A stretch of 64,000 nt of DNA, taken from Macrostomum lignano. Lineage: Eukaryota. Numbering within the stretch: position 1 is the first letter of the stretch; each line of letters begins with the position of its first letter. The notes beneath the pieces were generated by a model that saw only the letters and a list, made by a program, of their open reading frames with translations, did not search any database and had not been told where the DNA came from. Both the position numbers and the translations under genes were made by a program. Where the stretch lies: contig NIVC01002233.1 in NCBI GenBank assembly GCA_002269645.1, positions 1 through 64,000 on the forward strand, written 5' to 3'. Positions 38,321 to 54,429 of the stretch are shown here, piece by piece.

Positions 38321-39411
38321 GCGGTAGGAAATTGTCGCGTCTCCTGTTAGAGAACAATCGCCAGACGCGCGTTATCTTAACTAGAATGAGAAAGAAGGTT
38401 AGAAAAATTTCCGCAAGTCTGTCTGGGACCCTGGGCCTGTAAAATTCAGTGGGGTTTTTCCCAAGCCGGCTGAGTCGCGAAGATAAAGCGAATATGATCC
38501 TGTTTTTTCTAGGAATCTTAAAGTACGATGCATATCTAACTCAAGCGGGTTTGAGTCAACCAAGGACGGCCCCGAAATAGGAAGGCAGAGAGTCAAAAGA
38601 ATAGCTAGCCCAATTAAAATGCCGGTCAGTTTTACCTATCAGAGGCCGAGTTAATTTTGACTTGGCAATAAAGTTACCGCCTTTAGTCGCGGCTAATAAT
38701 TTCTAGTTAAAGTGCACGTCAAAGATTTATAGGTATAAATAACTTCCCAAAGAGATCAAATCACGTTTAATTAACGTTGACTAGCCCTAGCTTTGCTTAT
38801 TTAGGTGGCTAATTCATGTGATTTGAATTTGACAAACCTTCAGCCATGCGTTGAGAATGTTTCTAGGTAATGCTCTTGCGTACGTAGAATGCGCCTGCCT
38901 TCAAGAGATCTTTAAAGGGATTTCTTCCGTGAATTATTAAGGAGTTCAACGTCAAAAGGAAGAAATATTCCATTCCGCTAGTCCGATAATTTAAAAGCAA
39001 GGTAAACTAAAATGAGATGATGGACGGAGACTGAAGACACGGGATTAAGGAATATCTCGAGCTGCCGGAGAGCAGTTTGCCAGTGCGAATACACCGAACC
39101 AAGAAATGCTTGGACATTTCTATAGCGACTTTACTTATCTTTAAAGAGGCGAGCCATGGCTCTCTCTCAGAGAACATGATTAACCAGAACTACTATTAGC
39201 CCTCCATTTGGAATAGGCAGCAGATGAAGTAAAGGAATAAAAATTCTCTAAAAAATTCACAAGTAAAAAGCCCTTTACGCTCGAACAGTCACTACTGTTA
39301 GATTCTTAGTTATTATGATTAAATATAACACCTGATATCGTGCTTGCTATTTGGGGAGATGCTTTCGATATAGGGGGAATGCCTGTTATGTTTGTGAGGG
39401 TTTAATTATTT

Positions 39412-40005
39412 CCTGCTATCTGGGGGATGCTTGCTAACTGGGGGATGCTTGCTATCTGGGGGATGCTTGCTATCTGGGGGATGCTTGCGGTCTGGGGGAT
39501 GCTTGCTATCTGGGGGATGCTTGCTATCTGGGGGATACTTGCTGTCTGGGGGATGCTTGCTATCTGGGGGATGCTTGCTAATCTGGGGGATGCTTGCTAC
39601 CTGGGGGATGCTTGCTATCTGGGGGATGCTTGCGGTCTGGGGGATGCTTGCTATCTGGGGGATGCTTGCTATCTGGGGGATGCTTGCGGTCTGGGGGATG
39701 CTTGCTATCTGGGGGATGCTTGCTATCTGGGGGATGCTTGCGGTCTGGGGGATGCTTGCTATCTGGGGGATGCTTGCTACCTGGGGGATGCTTGCTATCG
39801 GGGGAAGCTTGCTATCGGGGGATGCTTGCGGTCCGGGGGATGCTTGCTATCTGGGGGAAGCTTGCTATCGGGGGATGCTTGCTACCTGGGGGATGCTTGC
39901 TATCTGGGGGAAGCTTGCTATCGGGGGATGCTTGCTACCTGGGGGATGCTTGCTATCTGGGGGAAGCTTGCTATCGGGGGATGCTTGCGGTCTGGGGATG
40001 CTTTC
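39412..40005. repeat. 18-bp minisatellite (TGGGGGATGCTTGCTATC), about 33 copies
   Basis: Direct tandem repeats; the frame-preserving unit creates spurious WGMLAI/GGCLLS ORFs. Confidence 0.96.
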
Positions 40006-40592
40006 GATTTAGGGGAAATGCCTGTTATCTTTTGTGAGGGCTTTATTTTCTTGTGTTCGTTTGTTACTTTTAGAAGCAAGAGATTCATAGCAAGCATCTT
40101 TGTCGATAACAATTTTACTCGAATAAGATGATTCATAAAACTAAAGAAGGAATTAATTGGTTGTTAAGAAAATGTGCTTTTTTAATGGATTTGCATGAAT
40201 TATTTTTGCTCCTTGCATATTGGCACCCCGAAGGGGGCACTAAAAAATTGCTACTTTACACCTGATATCAAGCTTTCAAGTGACATACTGATATTCTTAT
40301 AAACGCCAATATTTTCAAACATTTTGGAGGCTAGTTGACACCGCCACGAACTGAGTACATCAAATTAGACGACTGATGTAAAAAAAGTTATTTTCTATTA
40401 ATAGTTTCCACATTGTCTTTCACAAAATCCTTTTTATTTGATTGAAAATTGGGATCTCGTCTATTTTTGCCCGTAGAGCAATTAAAAGGTACTCAGTCAA
40501 GCGGATCAGAAAATAGAGCACTAGTCGTAGTCCGCGCAAGGTCGATAATAAGCCTTTGAGACGAAAATACGGACTTGGTTAAGCATGACTAC

Positions 40593-40890
40593 CTGAGCTA
40601 CTCAGAAACTGGCTGAGCTACTCAGAAACTGGCTGAGCTACTCAGAAACTGGCTGAGCTACCCAGAAACTGGCTGAGCTACTCAGAAACCGGCTGAGCTA
40701 CTCAGAAACTGGCTGAGCTACCCAGAAACTGGCTGAGCTACTCAGAAACTGGCTGAGCTACTCAGAAACTGGCTGAGCTACCCAGAAACTGGCTGAGCTA
40801 CCCAGAAACTGGCTGAGCTACTCAGAAACTGGCTGAGCTACTCAGAAACTGGCTGAGCTACTCAGAAACTGGCTGAGCTACTCAGAAACC
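40593..40890. repeat. 20-bp minisatellite (CTGAGCTACTCAGAAACTGG), about 14 copies
   Basis: Direct tandem repeats. Confidence 0.96.
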
Positions 40891-42072
40891 GGGTATCGGG
40901 TAGATTGGGTAGGGTTCGGGTAGATTGGGTAGGTATCGGGTAGATTGGGTAGGGTTCGGGTAGATTGGGTAGGGTTCAGGTAGATTGGGTAGGTATCGGG
41001 TAGATTGGGTAGGGTTCAGGTAGATTGGGTAGGTATCGGGTAGATTGGGTAGGGTTCGGGTAGATTGGGTAGGTATCGGGTAGATTGGGTAGGGTTCGGG
41101 TAGATTGGGTAGGGTTCGGGTAGATTGGGTAGGTATCGGGTAGATTGGGTAGGGTTCAGGTAGATTGGGTAGGTATCGGGTAGATTGGGTAGGTATCGGG
41201 TAGATTGGGTAGGGTTCAGGTAGATTGGGTAGGGTTCAGGTAGATTGGGTAGGGTTCAGGTAGATTGGGTAGGGTTCAGGTAGATTGGGTAGGGTTCAGG
41301 TAGATTGGGTAGGTATCGGGTAGATTGGGTAGGTATCGGGTAGATTGGGTAGGGTTCAGGTAGATTGGGTAGGGTTCAGGTAGATTGGGTAGGGTTCAGG
41401 TAAATTGGGTAGGTATCGGGTAGATTGGGTAGGGTTCAGGTAAATGGGTAGGTATCGGGTAGATTGGGTAGGGTTCAGGTAGATTGGGTAGGGTTCAGGT
41501 AGATTGGGTAGGGTTCAGGTAGATTGGGTAGGGATCGGATAGATCGAGTAGGGTTCAGGTAGATTGGGTAGGTATCGGGTAGATTGGGTAGGGTTCAGGT
41601 AAATGGGTAGGTATCGGGTAGATTGTGTAGGGTTCAGGTAGATTGGGTAGGGTTCAGGTAGATTGGGTAGGGTTCAGGTAGATTGGGTAGGGATCGGATA
41701 GATCGAGTAGGGTTCAGGTAGATTGGGTAGGTATCGGGTAGATTGGGTAGGGTTCAGGTAGATTGGGTAGGGATCGGATAGATCGAGTAGGGTTCAGGTA
41801 GATTGGGTAGGTATCGGGTAGATTGGGTAGGGTTCAGGTAGATTGGGTAGGGTTCAGGTAGATTGGGTAGGGTTCAGGTAGATTGGGTAGGGTTCAGGTA
41901 GATTGGGTAGGGATCGGATAGATCGAGTAGGGTTCAGGTAGATTGGGTAGGGATCGGATAGATCGAGTAGGGTTCAGGTAGATTGGGTAGGTATCGGGTA
42001 GATTGGGTAGGGTTCAGGTAGATTGGGTAGGGCTCGGATAGATCGTGTAGGGATCGGGTAAATTGGGTGGGT
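40891..42072. repeat. 20-bp G-rich minisatellite (GGTAGATTGGGTAGGGTTCA / ...GTATCG), about 58 copies
   Basis: Direct tandem repeats abutting the previous array. Confidence 0.96.
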
Positions 42073-42745
42073 GGAGCAGATTGCGTTGGAATTTAGAATC
42101 TTGCTTGGATAGGTAATACTCAGGAGATACATATTGCACAGCTATGAATATATTAAAAAGGCCATATAACTGAATTCCAGCAGTAATTATTAGCAGCAGA
42201 ATCTGAGCTTCGGAAGCGCCAATGAGGATAGGGTTGGATAAAAATGCGATTTATTATTAGTAAGGTACATGTACAATGTAGGGCGAGTGCGGGCGCACTT
42301 CCCGCCTGGGGTGGGGCAGTCCTTATTCAGGGACTTCTGTATCGACCTGGACTCTGGAGGCTGAATACGATTTACGCAGGGAAAGTTTTTAATATTTTTA
42401 AAAGCATTGTACTCTACGTTTAAGGACTATGGGGTCGTACTATAAAGCTGTCGTAGAATAGAATAGCCGTTTATAGAACGGGCTCTATATATCCTTCTTC
42501 ATTTCGTCATCCATGCTGCTTTCAAGGGCTCTGTTTTGATGTAGATTTAACAAGTCAACATGTCTGCTTGTTGCGGTCAGCCTACTCTGTGGAATGTCTA
42601 TGGTGGAGACTGTCTATGGGAAATCCTCACCTAACATGCTATTTGGTAACTGTAACGCAAAATTTTTAGATAAGGTTGGTCGCTTCAGTTCAAGCATACG
42701 TATCTAAACGTAACGTTAAGAATATAAAATAATGCATAGACTATT

Positions 42746-42945
42746 GAGGGGTTAGCCTAGTGGTTGGAGCGTCGGACTCACGACTCGAAGGTCGGGGGTT
42801 CGATTCTCGACCCAATCGGAACAATTTGTGTCCTTGAGCAAAGCATTTAACTCTGCATTGCTTCAGTTCACCCAGCTGTAAAATGGGTGCCAGCATTAGC
42901 TGGGGTAATTGAGGGTGTGTGGCGATCCTCTACCCCCCAGATTGT
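42746..42945 (+). mobile_element. tRNA-derived SINE with CORE-like central domain
   Basis: A box TAGCCTAGTGG and B box GGTTCGATTC (42797-42806), followed by TGTGTCCTTGAGCAAAGCATTTAACTC...CAGTTCACCCAGCTGTAAAATGGG, which resembles the MIR/CORE consensus TGTGACCTTGGGCAAGTTACTTAAC...CTGTAAAATGGG. Confidence 0.85.
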
Positions 42946-44345
42946 TTAAAATTTCGATTCACAAATCAGCAATCAGAAACGGATGGCTTAGCTTAGCTTC
43001 CAATTCAAGTTACTAGTTTAACTGGTTTTCTGGATTAGAAGTCCCTGGCCGATGTGAGGGCAAAAGTGCAAACCCTAGTAGGAGCAGTGACGTGTTGAGT
43101 TTAATGAATCCAAGTTCACCCAGACTCACTCACTCACTCAACACACCCCCAAGCAACGAACTGGATCCGACATCTTAGTGCAGAGCGTATAGGGAAGGGA
43201 AATTCCGTTCCTTCTCTCCCCTGAATGCTCTAACCGGAGAGACCCTGAGCACTAGAGTGCGCCGATAAGCATAGAGACAAAACAGTGCACCAGACAATAT
43301 TAAGATAAAATTTCGCTAGCTAAGTTAATACCGAAAAGAAACTAGGAAAAACAGTGGATAATTAGACATTTGATAAAGCAGCCCATCACATCCCTAAACT
43401 GTGGACCCTCATTTGGGTACCGGGTTGTTGGAGCCGCTACCTCCTTCATCTTCTCTCGATAGCTCCCTCTCTCTCCCACTACCTCTGCCACTCTTCCTCT
43501 CTCCCATTTTATCTGTCTCTCCTCCTCTCTCTGCCCTTCGCATTCTACTCTCCCCCATTTCCTTTAGCCTCTCTTACTCTCTCCCTCTCACATTTTTCTC
43601 TTTCTCCCTCCCGCTCCCTCTGCCAATCTTCCTCCCTTTCCCTCTCGCCCGCCACACCCTCTTTCCCTCCGCTTTCTTCACGACCTTCCATAACCTTTAT
43701 GCTCTTTTATGACCTCATATGTCTCTCGCACTGTCTTTCCCTTTCAAAGCCTGTTTGCGCACTGCACACGAGTCACCTCCTTTATTCCTGCCTGCCTTTT
43801 ACTTACCCATAGAGACAGCTGAGGTCAAGTTAAACGAGAAATAAAGAAACATTTAAACAAAATTCTGACGCAATACAATACTGGTAAATTGATTAGTTTA
43901 TTTCCAACTGGTATTTATAATTGTAAGTAGTCCATGGCCCAATATTGAAATTTTGTATACAATAGATCTATAGATACGGAATGTCCCTAAACTGGGATAG
44001 CACGACATTAGATATTAGTGTTTTGCTTAAAACTTCGACTAGTATTCTCCACAAAACAGTGCTATCCTTAATTTGCCCCGGAAAAGCTCAATTTTAAGGC
44101 TTCAAATGTCAAAATGATAAAAAGATCATTAATGGAAGTGCAAACTGTTAAACTATGCAACTGCAACCATTAAAGCATGGGAAAGAGAGGGTATTAAACG
44201 CCTACAGAATGCGTGGGGGCTTCTACAATACAGCCACAAAAAGTGCAACAAAAGCAGGCACTGGCAGTTGCACGCGCGAGAGGCACGCATTTCTAGTTTC
44301 AACTCAAAAATTGCCGCACAAGTACCCAACTGGCGCAATAAGCCA

Positions 44346-45532
44346 CTGAGGGGTTGCTATGATCTCCAACTCAAGAAGCCACTGAGGGGATTATTATCGG
44401 GATCTCCAACTCTGAGGGGATTATTATCGGGATCTCCAACTCAATAAGCCACCAAGGGGATTATTATCGGGATCTCCAACTCAATAAGCCACTGAGGGGA
44501 TTATTATCGGGATCTCCAACTCAATAAGCCACCAAGGGGATTATTATCGGGATCTCCAACTCAATAAGCCACTGAGGGGATTATTATCGGGATCTCCAAC
44601 TCAATAAGCCACCGAGGGGATTATTATCGGGATCTCCAACTCAATAAGCCACCGAGGGGATTATTATCGGGATCTCCAACTCAATAAGCCACTGAGGGGA
44701 TTATTATCGGGATCTCCAACTCAAGAAGCCACTGAGGGGATTATTATCGGGATCTCCAACTCAAGAAGCCACTGAGGGGATTATTATCGGGATTTCCAAC
44801 TCAAGAAGCCACTGAGGGGATTATTATCGGGATCTCCAACTCAAGAAGCCACTGAGGGGATTATTATCGGGATCTCCAACTCAATAAGTCACCGAGGGGA
44901 TTATTATCGGGATCCCAACTCAAGAAGCCACTGAGGGGATTATTATCGGGATCTCCAACTCAATAAGCCACTGAGGGGATTATTATCGGGATCTCCAACT
45001 CAATAAGCCACTGAGGGGATTATTATCGGGATTTCCAACTCAAGAAGCCACTGAGGGGATTATTATCGGGATCTCCAACTCAAGAAGCCACTGAGGGGAT
45101 TATTATCGGGATCTCCAACTCAAGAAGCCACTGAGGGGATTATTATCGGGATCTCCAACTCAAGAAGCCACTGAGGGGATTATTATCGGGATCTCCAACT
45201 CAATAAGTCACCGAGGGGATTATTATCGGGATCCCAACTCAAGAAGCCACTGAGGGGATTATTATCGGGATCTCCAACTCAAGAAGCCACTGAGGGGATT
45301 ATTATCGGGATCTCCAACTCAATAAGCCACTGAGGGGATTATTATCGGGATTTCCAACTCAAGAAGCCACTGAGGGGATTATTATCGGGATCTCCAACTC
45401 AATAAGCCACTGAGGGGATTATTATCGGGATCTCCAACTCAATAAGCCACTGAGGGGATTATTATCGGGATCTCCAACTCAATAAGCCACTGAGGGGATT
45501 ATTATCGGGATCTCCAACTCAATAAGCCACTG
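44346..45532. repeat. 40-bp minisatellite (GAGGGGATTATTATCGGGATCTCCAACTCAATAAGCCACT), about 29 copies, starting about 30 bp past the NAT9 stop
   Basis: Direct tandem repeats. Confidence 0.97.
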
Positions 45533-45559
45533 TATGACAAGAAAATTGAGCATTTCTAG

Positions 45560-47823
<2,264 letters not shown>

Positions 47824-47919
47824 GCGGAATTATGCGGCACCGCCTGACTGCTAGCGAGCTGTCACTGAGTCAGCTGGTCTGTCAGGCAGCAATTGGCCAG
47901 GTTGGGCAGCTGCTAATGA

Positions 47920-48696
<777 letters not shown>

Positions 48697-49055
48697 ATTC
48701 ATTTAATTTCTCTAATTTCTGCCGCAGCTTTTAAGTTGATTAATTTTGAGCAAGCACGCCTAAAACTATTGTTAGAAAATTAATTGTCAGCTCGATCGAT
48801 TTGAGTCAGCATAATGTACTCTAAGTTGCCTTAATACCGGAGATGAGGCACTAAACCTTAATAATGTTTATACAAGAAAAAAATCATCAAAAGACACTGA
48901 AGCAGCACATTATGAAACAAATTCTAAAAAAGCGAGTGCTCTTTATTTAGGCTAAAACTGACAAGCACAGAAAAATATAGAAGCAATGTGAATTTACTAT
49001 TACATGTGTATAATCACAGTTTTACTGGCAATTTATAGCAGCTGCCTTTCTGCAC

Positions 49056-50447
49056 TCAGTCCGCGAGAATCTGCCTCTCTGCTCCCTCAGTCCGTGAGAA
49101 TCTGCCTCCTCGCTCCCTTAGTCCGTGAGAATCTGTCTCTCCGCTCCCTCAGTCCGTGAGAATCTGCCTCTCCGCTCCCTCAGTCCCTGAGAATCTGCCT
49201 CTCCAGTCTCCCTCAGTCCCTGAGAATCTGCCTCCTCGCTCCCCCTCAGTCCCTGAGAATCTGCCTCTCCGCTCCCTCAGTCCGTGAGAATCTGCCTCTC
49301 CGCTCCCTCAGTCCCTGAGAATCTGCCTCTCCAGTCTCCCTCAGTCCCTGAGAATCTGCCTCCTCGTTCCCCCTCAGTCCCTGAGAATCTGCCTCTCCGC
49401 CCTCCTTCCCTCAGTCCATGCGAATCTGCCTCTCCGCCCCCCGCCCCTCAGTCCCTGAGAATCTGCCTCTCCGCCCCCCCCTCAGTCCCTGAGAATCTGC
49501 CTCCTCGTTCCCCTCTCAGTCCCTGAGAATCTGCCTCCTCGTTCCCCCCTCAGTCCCTGAGAATCTGCCTCCTCGTTCCCCTCTCAGTCCCTGAGAATCT
49601 GCCTCCTCGTTCCCCCCCTCAGTCCCTGAGAATCTGCCTCCTCGTTCCCCTCTCAGTCCCTGAGAATCTGCCTCCTCGTTCCCCCCCCTCAGTCCCTGAG
49701 AATCTGCCTCCTCGTTCCCCCCTCAGTCCCTGAGAATCTGCCTCCTCGTTCCCCCCTCAGTCCCTGAGAATCTGCCTCCTCGTTCCCCCTCTCAGTCCCT
49801 GAGAATCTGCCTCCTCGTTCCCCCCTCAGTCCCTGAGAATCTGCCTCCTCGTTCCCCCCTCAGTCCCTGAGAATCTGCCTCCTCGTTCCCCTCTCAGTCC
49901 CTGAGAATCTGCCTCCTCGTTCCCCTCTCAGTCCCTGAGAATCTGCCTCCTCGTTCCCCCCTCAGTCCCTGAGAATCTGCCTCCTCGTTCCCCTCTCAGT
50001 CCCTGAGAATCTGCCTCCTCGTTCCCCCCCTCAGTCCCTGAGAATCTGCCTCCTCGTTCCCCCCTCAGTCCCTGAGAATCTGCCTCCTCGTTCCCCCCTC
50101 AGTCCCTGAGAATCTGCCTCCTCGTTCCCCCCTCTCAGTCCCTGAGAATCTGCCTCCTCGTTCCCCCCTCAGTCCCTGAGAATCTGCCTCCTCGTTCCCC
50201 CCTCAGTCCCTGAGAATCTGCCTCCTCGTTCCCCCCTCAGTCCCTGAGAATCTGCCTCCTCGTTCCCCCCTCAGTCCCTGAGAATCTGCCTCCTCGTTCC
50301 CCCCCTCAGTCCCTGAGAATCTGCCTCCTCGTTCCCCCCTCAGTCCCTGAGAATCTGCCTCCTCGTTCCCCCCTCAGTCCCTGAGAATCTGCCTCTCCGC
50401 TCTTCCTCAGTCCCTGAGAATCTGCCTCTCCGCTCTCCCTCAGCCCT
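49056..50447. repeat. 30-35-bp minisatellite (CCTCAGTCCCTGAGAATCTGCCTCCTCGTTCCCC, variable C-run), about 42 copies
   Basis: Direct tandem repeats with an older variant (...CTCTCCGCTCC) at both edges. Confidence 0.96.
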
Positions 50448-51211
50448 TGAATACGTTTTATAAACATCATAAACTTTGAGTGAAGAACTTAAACAATTTA
50501 AATTATTCATCAGAAACCCCTACTGATCAAGTTTGATAACGGCGTCTATTATATAGGCAAGGAACGACTTGTACATTGTATACGTCAGCAAACAACAAAT
50601 ACAGTTTATAACCAGGAGAATGCAGAAAACACAATGAAAAATATTCAACAGTTTCAAAAAACAAATATTTTTTATGAATCAAAATATCTCGAAAATAGTT
50701 TATAGTTTACAACAAACGGTGCCTCCGATATTTGAAATTTTCAGGAAAAAACAGACAGTACAAAGCAATAAAATCTAATAAAACACCAAAAATTTGAGTA
50801 TGGATAGATTTACAAAAGATTCACAAAGATTAAGAAAGAAATCGATAATACGGTTCAGTATGCATGTGCAATTCTGTTGAAATAATTGTGCAACAACTCC
50901 TACAGCAAAAACAAAGTATATGGGCATTGCAATAAAATTAATTATTACATTTTGACTGATTGATAAATTAAACACAGCTAAGAGACAGGAAGGTAATATT
51001 TAGAAAGTGCTCAGATTCACTAAAATAAAAGGTAATATAGACAATGAAATTGATAAACCATCAGTAAAGCAAATAAATTCGTGTTACATGATAGAAACTT
51101 TAAAAGAAAAACTGGTCCTAAATAAAAACTATGGTGACTCTAAATTGAATGTCAAATCCTTGGAAATTTGCTAAACTTCAAAATCCTCCAAGATTCGTAA
51201 GCTCCGCTATT

Positions 51212-52792
51212 CTACTTAGAAGACACCGGAGTATCTCTCGCTGGGGCGGACCCGGCAGTCAGCGGGCAGTACTGAATGAAACTGTGCAGTGTGCGATCAA
51301 AGCCCAGCGACCATTTGAACAGGCGGCAGCAGGCCTCCAGTTTCTGGTCAAACTCGAACGGATAATGATAATAGAGCGAATCCACCAGGTGCTGATGGTA
51401 GCGCAGGCCTAAACGATTGCAGGCGTCAATCATTCGGCTATCGGTGATGTCGCAGTCCCGAAGCGGCAGGTACAGCAGCTTGGCAGCGCAGAACAATGCG
51501 ATGAGTTCCGGCCGCATGTCCGTGACTTCTTGCAGCAGGCTGATGTAGGTTTCGCATTCGACCAGAGGCGTGTAGTCAACCAGGTGGCTGCTGGTGCTGC
51601 GCACCTGCGTTTTATCGGGTGAGGGATAGATATTAACGATTGCAGGCTTAGGGGCGATTCTATAGGGTAGCTGATGGGCCGATTCTATAGGGTAGCTAAT
51701 GGGCCGATTCTATAGGGTAGATAATGGGCCGATTCTATAGGGTAGATAATGGGCCGATTCTATAGGGTAGCTATGGGCCGATTCTATAGGGTAGATAATG
51801 GGCCGATTCTATAGGGTAGCTATGGGCCGATTCTATAGGGTAGATAATGGGCCGATTCTATAGGGTAGCTATGGGCCGATTCTATAGGGTAGATAATGGG
51901 CCGATTCTATAGGGTAGCTATGGGCCGATTCTATAGGGTAGATAATGGGCCGATTCTATAGGGTAGCTATGGGCCGATTCTATAGGGTAGATAATGGGCC
52001 GATTCTATAGGGTAGCTAATGGGCCGATTCTATAGGGTTGCTCATGGGCCGATTCTATAGGGTAGCTATTGGGGCGATTTTATAGTATAGGGTAGCTAAT
52101 GGGCCGATTCTATAGCTAGATAAAAGAGGGGTTATATAGGGTAGATAATGGAGTAATTCTAGCAAATAGCAAATAGCTAGATTCTATAGTATAGGGTAGC
52201 TAATAGGGCGATTCTATAGCATAAAGTAGCAAATAGGGTCACTAGTTCTATAGCTAGGGTAGCTAACAGGCGATAGTTAAGGACCAATGTTGCTCACAAA
52301 AACTACTTACCAGATCGATAAAGAGCTGAATGGGGTGGCAGCTGATCTTACTGCCCCGGATGGTGAAGTAGAACTGCCTATCATCCTGGCAGTAGCCAGC
52401 GCAGGACAGCGGGAACAGCACAGAATGCAGGCGGCACCTGAGCAGAGCCAGAAAATGCGGTTTCTCCAGCTGGTCTACCTGACGCAGACCCGCTATAAAC
52501 CTGGCAACCTGATGAACGAAGGCTTCTAGCATGGCTACGCCAGTGTCATTAGCCGTTTGAATATCGCACAGCATCGTATCCGCAACCAGTTTTCTCAGTT
52601 CGACAAAGAAGTCAACTAAAAGTACATTGGCATAGCGATGATCCTCCGCGCCAGAAGCTTCGTTACAATTCGGCTCAGTGAATGAAGACGGCGGCAGTTT
52701 CGGTTCAGGCGACTGCAGGCGATGCCAGAGTCGAAGCAGGTGCTCGCTTTGGTCCGAGTCTCTGGCTGCGTCAGGTAGACGGGCCGGCTGAA

Positions 52793-52824
<32 letters not shown>

Positions 52825-53303
52825 AGCGGCGTCGGCCTGCGAATCGCCGAGGCGAATGATGAAACAGACGACGAAGACGAGCCCACAGACATCATCGTCG
52901 GCAGCGGTACTGAGGCTGAAGACGACGGCGATTTAGCAGACGGTTGGTACACCTGATCCGCCTTCTGGATGAGGTCGGCCTGCATGCCAACGGCGAAGCA
53001 CTTGGCCAGCCGGCAGCCGGGGCACTTCTTCCTCGTAGCCAGACTGACCTCGCAGCCGCCTCGCCGAAAACTGCAGGCGAATCCAGCCTCGCCAAGTGTC
53101 TGCTTGTGCGCGTTACGACGAAAGAACGCTTTGCAAGACTCGCAGCTGATAACGCCAAAGTTATAATTCTCAGCCTTGCAGCCGCACACTAGGCAATAGC
53201 GTCGCATTAGATCCGCCGGCGTTTTCGGGTGGCGACATTTTTTGCGATGAACAACGCCAGATTTAGTGATGTGCATTGGCCGCCTGTCTGGCAGCATAGC
53301 CAT
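51212..53303 (-). CDS. HR96: Nuclear receptor, NR1J/HR96-DAF12-like, 2 coding exons (53303-52311, 51604-51212), 461 aa; probable 5'UTR intron 53532-53331
   Basis: C4 zinc fingers CLVCG...YNFGVISCESCKAFFRRNA (ESCKA P-box of NR1I/J), C....RKKCPGCRL.KCFAVGM, a poly-Pro hinge and a divergent LBD. Phase-0 intron CTG|GTAAGT...CGCAG|GTG. Confidence 0.88.
51645..52265. repeat. 23-24-bp minisatellite (ATGGGCCGATTCTATAGGGTAGCT/GATA), about 20 clear copies plus a degenerate tail, filling the nuclear receptor intron
   Basis: Direct tandem repeats spanning most of the 706-nt intron. Confidence 0.95.
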
Positions 53304-54359
53304 TAGTTGCTTTGGAGTTGTTGATTACAGCTGCAAAGATGACGAAATTCGCCTTTCTAAATTGAGGAATTTCACAATAGGGTTTCGCGGTAGCACGCTT
53401 GGTAACTCAGAACTGACCTTTGATTATTTGCGCACTGCAAGTTGGTTCTGGACCTTGAAAAGCTTTTCTGCCACGGCTAACCCCAATTTATACAGAAACT
53501 GACTAGTGGTAGGGTTCGTCGCTGACACTCACGCTTCTCCTTTCTAGGCCGGTGGAAAAAAATTTCTGCCCTTCTCTTTATTGCAGAGCGGCGCAAACGC
53601 ACACCCCCTATGTCCCCGGGTACTTTTGTACCCAGCCATGCCCAACTTGATTGGTCAGAATCATCCACCGCGTCTATTTGCGAGTGTGGGGGGAAGGGCC
53701 AGACACAGGGTGCAAGTGTACAGCGTACTGCTTGAAGACCTTTCATGTAACTTTTTCTCTGTCTGCCCTCTCTATACATTATCACGCGATCGTGCCGCCA
53801 TTGGCTGCGACAGCTGGGTACAAGTGCGAGACAGTTCTCTCCGCTCCCCTATACTCCCTCTGTCCCTTCCTCGGAACAACTCGCTCCATCCTTAGAGGAC
53901 ACACAAGGGTATCAAAAAGCCATAGTTTTTGGATTGGAAGGTGGCTGAAAATGTAACGAACACATAATAACAGAAATCTTTCCACTTGATGGGGCAGAGA
54001 ACGAACAAGACGAAACTCTAAACGCAATTGCAATTTTCAACTGACTGAAGTATCAAAGATTGCATAGCCAATTGCCGATTGAAAAAGTAGGTTAAAGTGC
54101 ATAATAGAGGACAGTGACTAGACGAGACGAGACGCAAATATTCAGACACTTCCCAAAACTAGTGGAGGAATTTTCCAGGATTAAGATTTGCACTTGCTCG
54201 AGTGCATAACAATGCTTTGTATACGAATTGTAATTTCGAATGCGAGCCCGAGCATTTATTAAAAATCAATCAATGTGATAAAATTGGCTTTTATTGTATT
54301 GTATCTTTTTTTCAAAGCCTTCTTTTCACTGCATCATTTCTAACTCTCTCACCATCTCT

Positions 54360-54361
<2 letters not shown>

Positions 54362-54426
<65 letters not shown>
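54362..54426. repeat. (CT)n microsatellite
   Basis: About 31 CT units. Confidence 0.97.

Positions 54427-54429
<3 letters not shown>

Noticed and set aside
42746-42820. tRNA gene
   Set aside because: The acceptor stem does not close convincingly and the sequence runs straight into a CORE-like SINE body, so it is treated as a SINE head.
43120-43200. LTR end plus iMet primer-binding site (CATCTTAGTGCAGAGCGT)
   Set aside because: Only a partial match to TGGTAGCAGAG, with no second LTR or gag/pol remnant identified.
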